Below, piece after piece: positions 47,508 through 58,412 of a DNA stretch of 64,000 bases. The position numbers and the translations under genes are program-made. Origin of the DNA: Candidatus Aenigmatarchaeota archaeon (GTDB lineage: Archaea; Aenigmatarchaeota; Aenigmatarchaeia; Aenigmatarchaeales; JACQIB01); the NCBI GenBank assembly GCA_016198755.1, contig JACQIB010000004.1, forward strand, positions 128,001 through 192,000. Reading direction: 5' to 3'. The notes beneath the pieces are model-generated. The model saw only the letters and a program-made list of their open reading frames with translations, made no database searches and was not told the DNA's origin. Positions within the stretch are counted from its first letter, which is position 1; each line of letters opens with the position of its first letter.

Positions 47508-48191
47508 ATGGATTCTGTAATATCCCTTGAGAACGTTGGAAAAGTTTACAGGAATGGAGGGGTTGATACGCCGGCACTTAGCAGTATAAACCTGAAAATA
47601 GGGAAGGGGGATTTTGCTTCAATAATGGGTCCTTCTGGTTCAGGCAAATCTACATTATTGCACATTATAGGAGCATTAGACAAGCCAAGTTCGGGAAAAG
47701 TTATTATTGACGGGAAAGAAGTTTCAAAGTTAAAAGAGCCGGAAATAGCAAAACTGAGGGGGGAAAAGATAGGTTTTGTTTTTCAGTTTTTCAACCTTTA
47801 CCCTACTTTAACAGCCTTAGAGAACGTGGAACTGCCAATGGTTATAGCAGGAAAGGAAAAAAAAGAGAGAGTTAAACGAGCCAAGGAACTGTTGGAAATG
47901 GTTGGGTTAAAAGAAAAGGCAAACAGCTTCCCTTCCCAGCTTTCAGGCGGACAGAAACAGAGAGTTGCGATAGCAAGGGCGCTTGCAAATAATCCATTAT
48001 TTGTGCTGGCTGATGAACCAACTGGAAACCTTGACTCTAAAAGCGGAAAGGATATAATAGATATACTGGAAAATCTGAACAAGAAAGAAGGAAAAACTGT
48101 TGTGATTATAACCCATGACCAGTCAATAGCTTCACATTCGAAACATATAATAAGGATAGAAGACGGAAGAATAGTGGGTGGTGCAAAATGA
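47508..48191 (+). CDS. ABC transporter ATP-binding protein (LolD/MacB-like)
   Basis: [34 protein letters not shown]. Confidence 0.97.
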   Translation: MDSVISLENVGKVYRNGGVDTPALSSINLKIGKGDFASIMGPSGSGKSTLLHIIGALDKPSSGKVIIDGKEVSKLKEPEIAKLRGEKIGFVFQFFNLYPTLTALENVELPMVIAGKEKKERVKRAKELLEMVGLKEKANSFPSQLSGGQKQRVAIARALANNPLFVLADEPTGNLDSKSGKDIIDILENLNKKEGKTVVIITHDQSIASHSKHIIRIEDGRIVGGAK

Positions 48192-49420
48192 CTGTATTAA
48201 AATCAATTATAATTGCAATGTCAATAGTTTTAATTTTCTCTTCAGCTGCTATTGCAGCTGCACCTGTAGTCCAAATAACTCTTGTAACAAATCCAATAAC
48301 AGCTTATCCGGGCGGAGACGGCTATATACAGGTAAACCTGAAAAACACTGGCACAGCTTCTGCACTAAATATTAAAGCAACAGTTACACCTCTTGATACA
48401 GGAATTGTTACAGACCAAACACCAATTAATATAGGAGGTTTAGCTGTAGGGGACAGTATTTCACAAACATTCAAGTTTTCAGTTCCTTCAACAACACCAG
48501 CAGGCCTTTACAGGATCCATATTGAAATAAGATATTGTCAGGATACTGGCTGCAGCGATACAGACCAGTATGCAATAATAAATGTGCAGTCGCAGCAAAT
48601 ATTGGAGCTGACTTCTATAACTCCAAATATAGTTAGCATTGGAAGAAATACAACAACTAAATTCAGCGTTTATAACAGTGGTCAGACTGATATCAGCAAC
48701 GTTGTTCTTACATGGCAGGAACAGAACAATCTTATTCTCCCCCTAGGTTCTAGCAACAGGATAGTTCTTCCTATAATACATGCAAACCAGACATTTGAAA
48801 TACCCATAGAAATGGTTACAAGCCCAAGCATTACACCAGGAGCTTATGCACTGAACATAAAAATGGAGTATACAGACAAGAGCGGAATAAAACAAAATAT
48901 CAGTTCAATTGCAGGGGTTATTGTTGGGGGAGCAGGTGATATTGATATTTCAATGCAGGAGTTTTCTGGCAGCACAATAACACTTTCAATAGCAAATATA
49001 GGCGTTAACCCAACAACTTCGGTTTCTATAACTACCCAAGACCAGAAAGATTTTAGGATACTGGGTGCACAGACTGTTTTCCTTAGCAACATGAACCCTG
49101 GTGATTCAACGGTTGCAACTTTTAATGTTGTTCCTCTTGCAAACATAAGCCAAGGAAGTGGGGCAAATCAGGGAGGTAGAACAGGAGGGTTTAGAGAAGG
49201 TGCACAGACATTGCATGTGACACTCTCATATACAGACACATCAGGCTTCAGGCAGAGTGCAGAGAAAGATGTTAAAATAACAGCAGGTGCAGCAGTTTCA
49301 ACGGGGCAAACACAGAGGTTTGGAAGACAGGATAATACAGTATATTATTTTGTTGCAATATTGGTTGCTGTAGTTGTTATTGTTTATGCTTACGTAAGGT
49401 TTAGAAGGAAAAAGGAGTGA
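48188..49420 (+). CDS. COG1361-type S-layer-domain protein
   Basis: Signal peptide, three Ig-like N.G repeats, C-terminal TM plus RRKK; lies between ATPase and permease. Confidence 0.88.
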   Translation: MTVLKSIIIAMSIVLIFSSAAIAAAPVVQITLVTNPITAYPGGDGYIQVNLKNTGTASALNIKATVTPLDTGIVTDQTPINIGGLAVGDSISQTFKFSVPSTTPAGLYRIHIEIRYCQDTGCSDTDQYAIINVQSQQILELTSITPNIVSIGRNTTTKFSVYNSGQTDISNVVLTWQEQNNLILPLGSSNRIVLPIIHANQTFEIPIEMVTSPSITPGAYALNIKMEYTDKSGIKQNISSIAGVIVGGAGDIDISMQEFSGSTITLSIANIGVNPTTSVSITTQDQKDFRILGAQTVFLSNMNPGDSTVATFNVVPLANISQGSGANQGGRTGGFREGAQTLHVTLSYTDTSGFRQSAEKDVKITAGAAVSTGQTQRFGRQDNTVYYFVAILVAVVVIVYAYVRFRRKKE

Positions 49421-49428
49421 GCTATCCT

Positions 49429-50691
49429 ATGCGGATAGAAGATATATTTAGGATGTCTTTGAACACAATTCTAAGCAGAAAACTAAGAAGCGGACTGACA
49501 ATACTCGGAATTGTAATGGGTGTTGCAGCTGTTATAGCTCTTGTTTCTATTGGGCAGGGGTTGCAGGAGAGTGTTAACCAGCAGCTAAGCTCTCTGGGCG
49601 GAAACCTTGTATTGATAACCCCAGGAAGTGAACGTGCAACACAGGGGTTTGGCTTTGCTGGTGGGTTTGGAGGGCAGAATTCAAAAACGCTTACTGATTC
49701 TGATTTGAGGATAATAAAAATAATCCCTGGTATTTTGTATGCAACAGGGGTTGTTTCCGGATCTGTCTCACTCGAATATAACAGCCAGAAATCCGAATCA
49801 AGAGCACAGGGAGTTGAACCTGGTGTATGGGAACTTGTGCAGTCTGTTGACCTTGAATCCGGCAGGTTTCTTTCAAAGAGCGATCCAAATGGTGTTGTTA
49901 TAGGCAACAGGGTTGCACACAGCCTTTTTAAAAAGGAAGTTGGAATAAACAGCCAGATAAAGATAAATAACAAAATTTTTCATGTTGTTGGTATATTGAA
50001 ATCTACTGGAGGTTTTATTGGCGGTTCGGGAGATAACAGCGTAATAATATCCAAAACCAGCGCAGATGACATAAATCTTGTAAGTTCAGGGGAAAAGGAC
50101 AGCTATTCTACAATATATGTAAAAACCACAGAAGGTTCTGATACAGAGACAGTTTCAGGCTATATACAAGACAGGCTTAGGTCAAATCATCATGTTTCAG
50201 AGCAAAACCAAGACTTTACAATTAACACTTCCAAAACAATACAGGCGCGCGTTGGTACGATAATAGGCACGATAACTCTTTTTCTTGGAGGTATAGCTGC
50301 AATTTCTCTGTTTGTTGGTGGGGTTGGGATAGCAAACACAATGTTCACATCAGTAATGGAAAGGACAAAGGAAATAGGCGTTCTTAAGTCCCTTGGAATG
50401 GCTAATTCTGATATTCTAAGGATGATACTTGTAGAGTCAGCTCTGTTAGGCCTTATGGGCGGTGCAATAGGAGTATTCTTCGGCACTCTTGCTTCTTCTA
50501 TTATTTCCAGTATAGGTGGTATTTCTCCTGCTGCAGGTCCGCTTGCAGGAAGGGCTGTAGGAACCTATGTATCTCTGGAAATGGTTTTGTTCGCTCTTTT
50601 ATTTTCTGTTTGCGTGGGCGCTGTTTCAGGCTTGTTCCCAGCAAGGCGTGCAGCAAACTTACAGCCAGTTGAAGCTTTGAGATACGAGTAG
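49429..50691 (+). CDS. ABC permease (MacB/FtsX family)
   Basis: RSGLTILGIV, GIANTM..SV.ERTKEIG, PARRAA.L.PVEALRYE. Confidence 0.96.
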   Translation: MRIEDIFRMSLNTILSRKLRSGLTILGIVMGVAAVIALVSIGQGLQESVNQQLSSLGGNLVLITPGSERATQGFGFAGGFGGQNSKTLTDSDLRIIKIIPGILYATGVVSGSVSLEYNSQKSESRAQGVEPGVWELVQSVDLESGRFLSKSDPNGVVIGNRVAHSLFKKEVGINSQIKINNKIFHVVGILKSTGGFIGGSGDNSVIISKTSADDINLVSSGEKDSYSTIYVKTTEGSDTETVSGYIQDRLRSNHHVSEQNQDFTINTSKTIQARVGTIIGTITLFLGGIAAISLFVGGVGIANTMFTSVMERTKEIGVLKSLGMANSDILRMILVESALLGLMGGAIGVFFGTLASSIISSIGGISPAAGPLAGRAVGTYVSLEMVLFALLFSVCVGAVSGLFPARRAANLQPVEALRYE

Positions 50692-50741
50692 GAGTATATA
50701 CAACAAGCAAGTTTATATACTACCTAATAGTGATAATATAT

Positions 50742-51068
50742 ATGCATGAACTCTCTGGAACAGCTAATGGGATAGATGTTTTAAAAGCTGCAATTGATAG
50801 CGTTGGCGGGAAAAGTCAATATTTGGGAAAAGGCAATACTGGTTTCGGTTCCTCTATTTTACATTCTGGGGAGAAAACAACTTCCGTAGTTTGGAATATG
50901 AACGGCGGACAATACAAAATCCGCGTTGAGGGTCCGCAGGAAGGGGAAGTATCAGGATCAATACAGCAAGCTTTGGAAGGCGCTGGAACAGTCTCTTCTT
51001 TAAAACCAAGAGAAATGAACGGACCTTATCTAGTAAACGAGCGCGGAACTCCATTGCTAGAGAGTTGA
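50742..51068 (+). CDS. Small hypothetical protein
   Basis: ATG 50742 after GTTTATATAC TATA. Confidence 0.6.
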   Translation: MHELSGTANGIDVLKAAIDSVGGKSQYLGKGNTGFGSSILHSGEKTTSVVWNMNGGQYKIRVEGPQEGEVSGSIQQALEGAGTVSSLKPREMNGPYLVNERGTPLLES

Positions 51069-51078
51069 AATATAAAAT

Positions 51079-52056
51079 TTACAATAGACCTTTTGGAAAG
51101 AAATTCAAGGTAAATTCTTCTGTTGTAATCATTGGTTCAATATCCGTTAAAACTCTGAAAAACTTGTTTTTAATATCTCTTACAAGAGCTTCAGCATTTT
51201 CCTGTTTATCTGTAGCATACCAGAAATATATTTCAGGCCTTCCAATAACTTTGAATGCCAGATGTATGTCATGTGTACTTTTGATATAATTTACAATTTC
51301 TGCTTCTATTTTCTTTGTCATATAACGAAAGTTCATTTGTACAAAATACTGTATAAGGCCTAATTTTTTATGGACAACAAAAGGGAAAAAAGTTCTGATA
51401 ATACCATCATGTACAAGCCTTCTGAAATGGTTTCTTGCTGTTTCCATTGAGCTTCCAGAAGCTTTCCCAAGCTCCTGATAGTTTGCTAGCCCATCCACAG
51501 TATTTAGATGGTGAAGAATCTTTTTGTCTATATCATCCAAAATATATATATTTTCTGTTGGAATCTCTTTATGTATTTTTTTATATGATTTTTTCCTTGT
51601 AAAAATCTGATGATCGAGTTTTATATTTTCCATTAAAGTTTTCGAATCATAAGATTCCAAACTATCTCCAAGAAAAGTTAATACATCATCCAGTATATTT
51701 TCAAATTCTGCGGGTTTTTTAACAAGAAACTGCACAAATAGATCCCATCTGCCGAATATGCTTCCTGCCCAGACAACATTGGGGTGGTTTTTGAAGTACT
51801 CTTTTATTTCTTTTTCTCTTTCAGCAGAAGCTCTAAGTTTAATAAAAACATGATATTGATAAATATCTAATTTCTTATATTCAACAGGAGCGAAAAATTT
51901 CCATATAATTCCCCTTTCCTTGAGTTTTCGTATCCTATATAGTATGGCATTCTTGCTTAAACCGACTTCTTTTGCCATTATTCCGAGAGGAGTCCTTGAA
52001 TTTTCAAGCAAAACAGCTAAAAGCTGCTTATCCTTCTGATCAATATTATATATCAT
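51079..52056 (-). CDS. Tandem (double) Lrp/AsnC regulator
   Basis: Two HTH+RAM units (DQKDKQLL..., DDIDKKIL...). Confidence 0.92.
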   Translation of the reverse strand: MIYNIDQKDKQLLAVLLENSRTPLGIMAKEVGLSKNAILYRIRKLKERGIIWKFFAPVEYKKLDIYQYHVFIKLRASAEREKEIKEYFKNHPNVVWAGSIFGRWDLFVQFLVKKPAEFENILDDVLTFLGDSLESYDSKTLMENIKLDHQIFTRKKSYKKIHKEIPTENIYILDDIDKKILHHLNTVDGLANYQELGKASGSSMETARNHFRRLVHDGIIRTFFPFVVHKKLGLIQYFVQMNFRYMTKKIEAEIVNYIKSTHDIHLAFKVIGRPEIYFWYATDKQENAEALVRDIKNKFFRVLTDIEPMITTEEFTLNFFPKGLL

Positions 52057-52163
52057 ATATGGTATATTATTAAACTGTATATTTAAATCTTTCATTTTAT
52101 AACATAAATATATCCAATGGCTTTATATAATGAACTGATATATCTACTGTAGAGTGATAAAAT

Positions 52164-52763
52164 ATGATAGAGAAAAAACCTGTTGAAGCAAGAAAAGTAG
52201 TTCCGTTTAGAATAGTTCCAAACACTCCTGGAGGATTAGGTGTGTATGTTAACAGTTCAATAGATAATCCAGATGGAGCAGAAATATCTGGTGAATTTTC
52301 CACTCTTTTACTGCCCAATATACGAGTAGAATCCGGTTCTGTATACGCAGTAGAAGGAACTAAAGCAATTTCGATGCTTCTAACAGGTCATGTGCCAAAG
52401 GGTGTAGATCTTACAGAAATGTACATTGAAAAAGAACTTGCTGCTCAAGGACTTGGAACATATTACTTAAAAGTAGGGGATGTAAGCGATCATATAGACG
52501 TTTCATGGGCAAAGATGGGTACTCTAGATTTAACCCTTTCTACATATTGTCCAAGCCTTGATATGAGAAGGGGAATTTTTGATACACTAGACTTTGGGTA
52601 TGATGTGAACAGAAAAGTTCGCGGGCTTGACTTGAGAAGCACTACAATAAAGAATGTAGAAGGTGTGTTGCCAGCTGACACATCTGATATACAAATGGAT
52701 AAAAATACGAATGTTCCTGAAAACTTAAGAGCATATTTGAAAAGAATGAGCGCTGTTATATAA
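52164..52763 (+). CDS. Hypothetical protein divergent from double Lrp
   Basis: 199 aa ORF with TATA. Confidence 0.7.
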   Translation: MIEKKPVEARKVVPFRIVPNTPGGLGVYVNSSIDNPDGAEISGEFSTLLLPNIRVESGSVYAVEGTKAISMLLTGHVPKGVDLTEMYIEKELAAQGLGTYYLKVGDVSDHIDVSWAKMGTLDLTLSTYCPSLDMRRGIFDTLDFGYDVNRKVRGLDLRSTTIKNVEGVLPADTSDIQMDKNTNVPENLRAYLKRMSAVI

Positions 52764-52792
52764 ACACGTAGGTTAGAATTAGTCTTTACAAA

Positions 52793-53074
52793 TCAAGCAG
52801 TGGACATAGGAATTATGTTTTGAGGACCAGAAATAAATCTTCTTCCCATATTCGTTGGATAATAAATTTTAGACTTTCCTGAAGTACGCTTACCCTCGCC
52901 GCGTCTGCGATACACATAATGTCCGCTTTCCAACTTTCTAACAATCTTATAAGTATAGCTTGGATCTTTTCCTAAACCTCGGCAAATATCAGGAACAGAA
53001 CTGCTAGGGTTATTTACTATATACCCAAGAACCTGCATCTCAACAGTACCAGTCCTTGGAACATATTTTACCAT
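52793..53074 (-). CDS. MarR/TrmB-like winged-helix protein
   Basis: SVPDICRGLGKD.SY.YKIVRKLE..HYV.R...IYYPT..G. Confidence 0.8.
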   Translation of the reverse strand: MVKYVPRTGTVEMQVLGYIVNNPSSSVPDICRGLGKDPSYTYKIVRKLESGHYVYRRRGEGKRTSGKSKIYYPTNMGRRFISGPQNIIPMSTA

Positions 53075-53118
53075 GAAAATAATTCGATAGAAAACCTTAT
53101 TAAGCCTCCTTAACATGC

Positions 53119-53898
53119 CTAAATCAGATTCACATCAGCTGTCCTTCTGGGCTCATATACATCCTCTTCTGAATAACCTTCCTGTAGAAAATCTCTTTCC
53201 AGTCTCCCACTCCACTTGAATTCCCCCCCAGTGTTAAAGCCCAATTTCTTTATTTTAGCCCTAGTGCCTATAGGCACAAATTCTTTAGCAAGCGGATTGA
53301 AACCTTTCTTTCTAACTGCTTTATGCAAAACAACCACATCCTCCAGAATACACTCCATAGCAGTTGGTTCTGTTATGTTCCTTTCAATTCTATATCTATA
53401 GGGCAAAACCAGCAATGGCAGTTGCCTGCTCATCATAGAACTCAATATTCCTGGGAGAAAATCATGCGATTGGAAGCTTGTCTCGTACATATCTCTCAGC
53501 TCTACCAAAGCACGTGTATGAGGATTTGCAACCCACGGGTCAAATTTCATTTTGTCTCTTGAAAAATCATTTGCACCCATAAAATCATCAACATAAAATG
53601 GACGTATAATACCAGCATCGTCCAGAACAGCATACACGCCAGGATATCGTGTCATCTCATCCTGTATTCTCATCTCCCCAATAGCCAGAATAACACCCCT
53701 GTTAACCAGCAAGGGTACTCCAGTTATCTTAGCTGGTCTTGACGAGCCTCTGTAAACTAATGAACCCGAACCTGAAGAAGTTTCTAATGCAGGCCCCATA
53801 TCAGGCACAACACCAAAAGTTACATTATAACCTTTCTGCACACTATTCTGCAAAAATGTTCTCATTCCCTTAATATCCCTGCTGCTTATGTCTACCAT
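53119..53898 (-). CDS. Hypothetical protein
   Basis: About 260 aa ORF. Confidence 0.7.
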   Translation of the reverse strand: MVDISSRDIKGMRTFLQNSVQKGYNVTFGVVPDMGPALETSSGSGSLVYRGSSRPAKITGVPLLVNRGVILAIGEMRIQDEMTRYPGVYAVLDDAGIIRPFYVDDFMGANDFSRDKMKFDPWVANPHTRALVELRDMYETSFQSHDFLPGILSSMMSRQLPLLVLPYRYRIERNITEPTAMECILEDVVVLHKAVRKKGFNPLAKEFVPIGTRAKIKKLGFNTGGEFKWSGRLERDFLQEGYSEEDVYEPRRTADVNLI

Positions 53899-53960
53899 GA
53901 AATTCAAATTATAATCTGTGGAGAAAAGGATAAATGTGTGTGTATTTGTATAGGATTCTG

Positions 53961-55106
53961 CTATTTTTTAGGAGATTGTTTTCTGGAAGCTAACTCGGCT
54001 TCCCTGAGTGTTGTTTCCATCGCATCCAAAGCTGTCTGGAATTTTGTCATATTCTTGTCAAATATCGAAAGCCTTTCATTCCATGCCGGTATAGAAAACT
54101 CTACATAAGGTTTTCCAAGAACTCCGAGTGCAGATTTCCTATTTGACCTTCCGGGGAAGCACAGGCTAGCATAATTTTCCACTTCCTCTCCAAGACCGAA
54201 TGCAGTTGCATACACAAGATATTTGTCCCAAATAATCAAAAATTTGGGTGGCCTCTCCTTTAATATGCTGAAATCTTTGATGAACATTTTCAACCCACTC
54301 CATTTTAGGAAATGTTCAGTTCCAAGTTCTGTGTAACACATTAAATATTTCTTATATTTTGAAACAAGAATTCCATAAAATAGAGCTATAAAAAAGAGAC
54401 TGAAAATTGAGAAACCTATAGTGGGGATAAATAAAAAGAAGGCAAGGATGAAGTTCAGAATAAAAATTATTTTGGTCCAATATACAAACCTTTCTAAGCC
54501 TGTAAAATCTACTAGCTTCAGTTTTTTAACATCCTCTTCTACAAGTTTTTCCCAGTTTTCAATGAATAATTCATATTTTGGGTTCAAATACACCTTCAAA
54601 GCCAGTTGGCTCATTTGTATACTATCGCTGACCATGTGTTCAGTATACAACTTATAGACAGCTTCCTCATAGGTCTTTAATCCCGGCTTTGAAGTCCTTT
54701 TCAGTCTAGTAATTAAGTAGTCCTTCTCCTTTCCGAATATTTTCAAGTATTTCTTGTGCCCAATTTCCTCTATCTTAAAATACCCCCTTCTAACCAAATC
54801 CAGAAATGTAGCTGTTATATCATCCTCCTTCAAGTACATATCCAGAATAAAAGAAGCTATAGCAGGTCCATAATCATATGGTATTTCCCTAACATAAGCC
54901 GATTCCGTTATCTCTGGCTTTTTCCCATACTTCTTTGAAAGAGAAAAAAATAATAGTGTTTCCAAACCAGCAAAGATAAAAAACAAGGCCAACGCAAAAG
55001 AAAATGATAACAAGAATATTATTCCGAGACCTGAAGCAATAGCTCCTATACAAAAGAACATAAACCATAAAGAGAAGAACAACAGTACAAAAATCACTGG
55101 ACGCAT
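53961..55106 (-). CDS. DUF2207-family membrane protein
   Basis: REIP..Y.PA, ATFLDLVRRGY, W.GLK.FI.DFS, WDKYLVYATAFG. Confidence 0.88.
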   Translation of the reverse strand: MRPVIFVLLFFSLWFMFFCIGAIASGLGIIFLLSFSFALALFFIFAGLETLLFFSLSKKYGKKPEITESAYVREIPYDYGPAIASFILDMYLKEDDITATFLDLVRRGYFKIEEIGHKKYLKIFGKEKDYLITRLKRTSKPGLKTYEEAVYKLYTEHMVSDSIQMSQLALKVYLNPKYELFIENWEKLVEEDVKKLKLVDFTGLERFVYWTKIIFILNFILAFFLFIPTIGFSIFSLFFIALFYGILVSKYKKYLMCYTELGTEHFLKWSGLKMFIKDFSILKERPPKFLIIWDKYLVYATAFGLGEEVENYASLCFPGRSNRKSALGVLGKPYVEFSIPAWNERLSIFDKNMTKFQTALDAMETTLREAELASRKQSPKK

Positions 55107-55124
55107 AAGTATATTTATGATTCC

Positions 55125-56867
55125 CTATAATAAAACCTTTGTACTCCTGAAAACCTTTTTCAGTTCTGTAAAAGGCAGGGTGTTTACAACATCCTTCTGC
55201 TCAAGCCAGCCTCTGCGCGCTGTTTTTATTCCCAGTTCAGTATACCAGAAAGTATTTTTATCATGTGAGTCTGTGTCAATTGCAAACTTGCAGTCGAATT
55301 CTCTTGCAAGCCTTATGTGATCATCCTTCAAGTCCAGCCTGTTTGGCTGCGAATCTATTTCTAAAACAACTCCCAGTTCAGCAGCTTTTGCAAAAACCTT
55401 TTTCAAATCCAAATCAAAAGGCTTTCTCCGTGTTATTAACCTTCCTGTTGGGTGGCCCAAAATTGAAATTAATCCTGTTTCCATTGCTGCTAGCACGCGA
55501 GCAGTGATTTTTTCCTCCGGAGCTTTAAACCCTGAATGAATAGAACCAACAACAATATCCAGCTTTTTCAGCAAACTATCAGGATAGTCAAGAGATCCGT
55601 TTCCTTTAATGTCTACCTCACTTCCAGAAAGAATTTTTATTCCTTTAATTTTCTTCCTTGCCTCCTCTATTGCTTTCAGGTATTTTATCAGCCTCTCCTC
55701 GCTCATACCATGCGCTTGGTACTCTGATTTTGAATGGTCCGTTATTGCAATATACTCATACCCTAGGGATTTGGCTGCAAGAGCCATCTCCTCAATAGAA
55801 TGGTTTCCATCAGACCAGTTTGTGTGCAAATGCAAATCCCCGCGGATATCGGAAAGTTTAACAAGTGCTGGCAGTTTTCCTGCAGCCGCAGCTTCAATCT
55901 CCCCATGATTCTCTCTCATCTCAGGCTCTATCCAGTGCAGCCCCAAAGTTTTGTAAACTTCCTCTTCTGTTTTTCCAGCCAATTGCTTTCCAGTTTTCCT
56001 GTCAAATAACCCATATTCGGAGAGTTTATACCCCTTTGCAATAGCCATTGTCCTAAGCTCTACATTATGATCCATGTTTCCTGTAAAATACTGAAGAGCA
56101 GCTCCATAGCTTTCAGCTGGAAGTACCCTCAAGTCAGCCTGCAGCCCATTTTTCAGGACAACAGTGCTTTTTGTTGGCCCTTTAGAAAGAACCCTCCCAA
56201 CTTCAGAAAGTGTTGTGAAAACTTCCATTACAGCAGCAGGCTTCCTGCTTATAACCAAAATATCCAAATCCCCCACAGTTTCCTTCCCCCTTCTTGTTGA
56301 ACCAGCAATTTCCGCCTGTTCTACAGCCGGATTTTTCCTTAATTTTTCAACTATTTGCTTTGCAATCGGGAGCGCCTCGCCCAGCAAATAGCGTTCTTTG
56401 CTTTTCTTCAGCATATCCACAGACTGCAGAATATTTTTTTCAGATTTTTCCCCGAAACCAGGCAAGTTTCTTAATTTCCCTGCTTTTGCAGCAGCAGCTA
56501 AATCCTGCACTGTTTTGACTTTTAGTTTCTTGTAAAGGAAAATAGCTTTCCTCGGCCCAATACCTTCCAGTTTCATTAGATTCATCAACCCTTCAGGTAT
56601 CTTCTTTCCCAGCTGTTCTATCTTATTTATTCTTCCGGTTTTCAAATACTCCTCTATATTCGAGGAAATTGTTGCCCCAACCCCTGGTATCTCCTGCAGA
56701 GCTTTCACTCCCCCCTGCTTGTAAACTTCAGAAACCTCTGTAGGCAGGCTATCCAATACTCTGGCTACCTTCCTGTAAGCTATAGGCTCCCATTTTACTT
56801 CTAAAATATCCAGCATATCTGCTATTTCGTACAGCAGAGCAGCTATCTCTTTATTGGCTGAAGGCAT
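55125..56867 (-). CDS. polX: DNA polymerase X / PHP 3'-5' exonuclease
   Basis: GSTRRGKETVGDLD, DLR, YFTG, DLHLHT.WSDG, ITDHS, HPTGR. Confidence 0.97.
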   Translation of the reverse strand: MPSANKEIAALLYEIADMLDILEVKWEPIAYRKVARVLDSLPTEVSEVYKQGGVKALQEIPGVGATISSNIEEYLKTGRINKIEQLGKKIPEGLMNLMKLEGIGPRKAIFLYKKLKVKTVQDLAAAAKAGKLRNLPGFGEKSEKNILQSVDMLKKSKERYLLGEALPIAKQIVEKLRKNPAVEQAEIAGSTRRGKETVGDLDILVISRKPAAVMEVFTTLSEVGRVLSKGPTKSTVVLKNGLQADLRVLPAESYGAALQYFTGNMDHNVELRTMAIAKGYKLSEYGLFDRKTGKQLAGKTEEEVYKTLGLHWIEPEMRENHGEIEAAAAGKLPALVKLSDIRGDLHLHTNWSDGNHSIEEMALAAKSLGYEYIAITDHSKSEYQAHGMSEERLIKYLKAIEEARKKIKGIKILSGSEVDIKGNGSLDYPDSLLKKLDIVVGSIHSGFKAPEEKITARVLAAMETGLISILGHPTGRLITRRKPFDLDLKKVFAKAAELGVVLEIDSQPNRLDLKDDHIRLAREFDCKFAIDTDSHDKNTFWYTELGIKTARRGWLEQKDVVNTLPFTELKKVFRSTKVLL

Positions 56868-56869
56868 AA

Positions 56870-57127
56870 TTATCTATAAACCTCCTTTCTATGTTCAAAC
56901 CTGAGCAATATTATTTTATCTCCTTCAATAGAATAAATAAGCCTGTAGGGTTTAATGTATATTGTTCTCTCTCCCTTTAGATCATAACTAAGAGGTTTTC
57001 CAACTTCTGGCCTTTCGACAATCTTCTTTAACTGTTTTTTTATCTTCTCCTTAAGAGAACCATCCTTTATTTTTTTAATTTCTTCCTCAAATTTATCCGT
57101 TGGTATAATCAGCTTTATTTCTACCAT
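56870..57127 (-). CDS. RelE/ParE family toxin
   Basis: P.VGKPL..DLKGER.IYI.PYRLIY, HR..VY. Confidence 0.9.
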   Translation of the reverse strand: MVEIKLIIPTDKFEEEIKKIKDGSLKEKIKKQLKKIVERPEVGKPLSYDLKGERTIYIKPYRLIYSIEGDKIILLRFEHRKEVYR

Positions 57128-57402
57128 TTTTCCAGCTCTTTAAAGAACTTTTCTTTAGTATAAATTTTATATCTGCCCTCTTCTATATCTTTCCATGCTT
57201 CCTCAACGAGCTTTAATGTTCTCAAATCTTCTTCTGTCATTTGTGTATTCAATTTTTTCAGAATAATAGTATCTTTTCTTGCGCTCACGGCAAATGAGCT
57301 ACCTTCCCTTATGCCAACCATCTTCCTTATATCACTTGGTATAACTATCTGTCCTTTTGAGCTGGCGCGTGTTATCTCAGGCAATATGCTCTGTTTTCTC
57401 AT
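57121..57402 (-). CDS. AbrB/MazE-type antitoxin
   Basis: SSKGQIVIPSDIRK; overlaps toxin gene. Confidence 0.9.
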   Translation of the reverse strand: MRKQSILPEITRASSKGQIVIPSDIRKMVGIREGSSFAVSARKDTIILKKLNTQMTEEDLRTLKLVEEAWKDIEEGRYKIYTKEKFFKELEKW

Positions 57403-57406
57403 ATAT

Positions 57407-57421
57407 GTAAGATATTCTTAC
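57407..57421. promoter_or_regulatory. Palindromic operator of the AbrB-RelE pair
   Basis: GTAAGA-TAT-TCTTAC between TATA and start codon. Confidence 0.6.
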
Positions 57422-57494
57422 TAGTATATAAATATATCCTATTAATATTAGAGAGGAACATAACTCTTATAAACCTTCCCTTCCCATTCTGCGC

Positions 57495-57920
57495 ATGGAA
57501 GAGCAATGCATATTTTGTTCAATTGTAGAGGGAAAGATACCCGCCGCAATAATACATGAGGATGATGTTGGATTGGCTTTTCTGGATATAACTCCGGCAA
57601 CAAAAGGGCATACTGTACTTATTAGCAAAGAGCATTATGAGGATATTTTTTCTGTACCTTCTGAAAAACTTGAAAAACTTATTGTATTTGCAAAAGGGCT
57701 GATGGAGCATATAAAAGAAAAACTTTCTGCCCAAGGATTCAATATGGAGAGTTTTATAGGGTCAGCCTCAGGTTCGATGATAAAGCATTTCTCTTTCCAC
57801 TTAATACCCCGCTATGATGATGATGGACAGGAAAGGCCATTTGCAACGAGAATGAAGTTTGGGAGCAAAGAAGAGCTAACAAAGTATTTGGAAGAAACTG
57901 CTGAGAAAATAACAGAATAA
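57495..57920 (+). CDS. HIT family protein with altered triad (HFSFH)
   Basis: CIFC.I..G.IP, AFLDI.P..KGHTVLI.K.H, H.S.HLIPR. Confidence 0.9.
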   Translation: MEEQCIFCSIVEGKIPAAIIHEDDVGLAFLDITPATKGHTVLISKEHYEDIFSVPSEKLEKLIVFAKGLMEHIKEKLSAQGFNMESFIGSASGSMIKHFSFHLIPRYDDDGQERPFATRMKFGSKEELTKYLEETAEKITE

Positions 57921-57938
57921 TTAATATTTTCAACACAT

Positions 57939-58346
57939 TTACAAGCTTTGTTGAGGTGCTTTTGGTATTAACAACTCTTCTAACTGTTCCCTGACAGCCA
58001 AAAGTCTAGCCCAATTATCAAGATATGTAACCTGTTCTGTCGGAACCCACTCTTTAGACTCTTTGGCTCCGTCAGCAAGAAGTTTTTTCCTGAAGGCATC
58101 ATAATGATCACTATCCACTCTTCTCGCCGTATAGATTGCAAATATATCTGAAGATGGAGGTGATGTTCTGGGACTTTCAACAGGTTTTACCAAAAGTTTC
58201 AGCGAAGGAATATAAACAACACGTCTTGCACCATGTGACATAGATTTTCCATCAGGAAATTCTGTGCTAGTATCATAAGTAAAAACTATGGCCCGTATAG
58301 CAGATATTTCTGCAGGACTTCTGCCAGATAAAGAATCACTTTCCAT
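57939..58346 (-). CDS. Hypothetical protein
   Basis: 135 aa ORF. Confidence 0.6.
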   Translation of the reverse strand: MESDSLSGRSPAEISAIRAIVFTYDTSTEFPDGKSMSHGARRVVYIPSLKLLVKPVESPRTSPPSSDIFAIYTARRVDSDHYDAFRKKLLADGAKESKEWVPTEQVTYLDNWARLLAVREQLEELLIPKAPQQSL

Positions 58347-58412
58347 AGAAACAATTAAGTATACATAAAGGATTTATAGGCTGTTGATATGTAAAATTCC
58401 TTTACCGAATAG

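Noticed and set aside
47508-50691. ABC ATPase-COG1361-permease cluster as a novel system
   Set aside because: A common archaeal gene arrangement.
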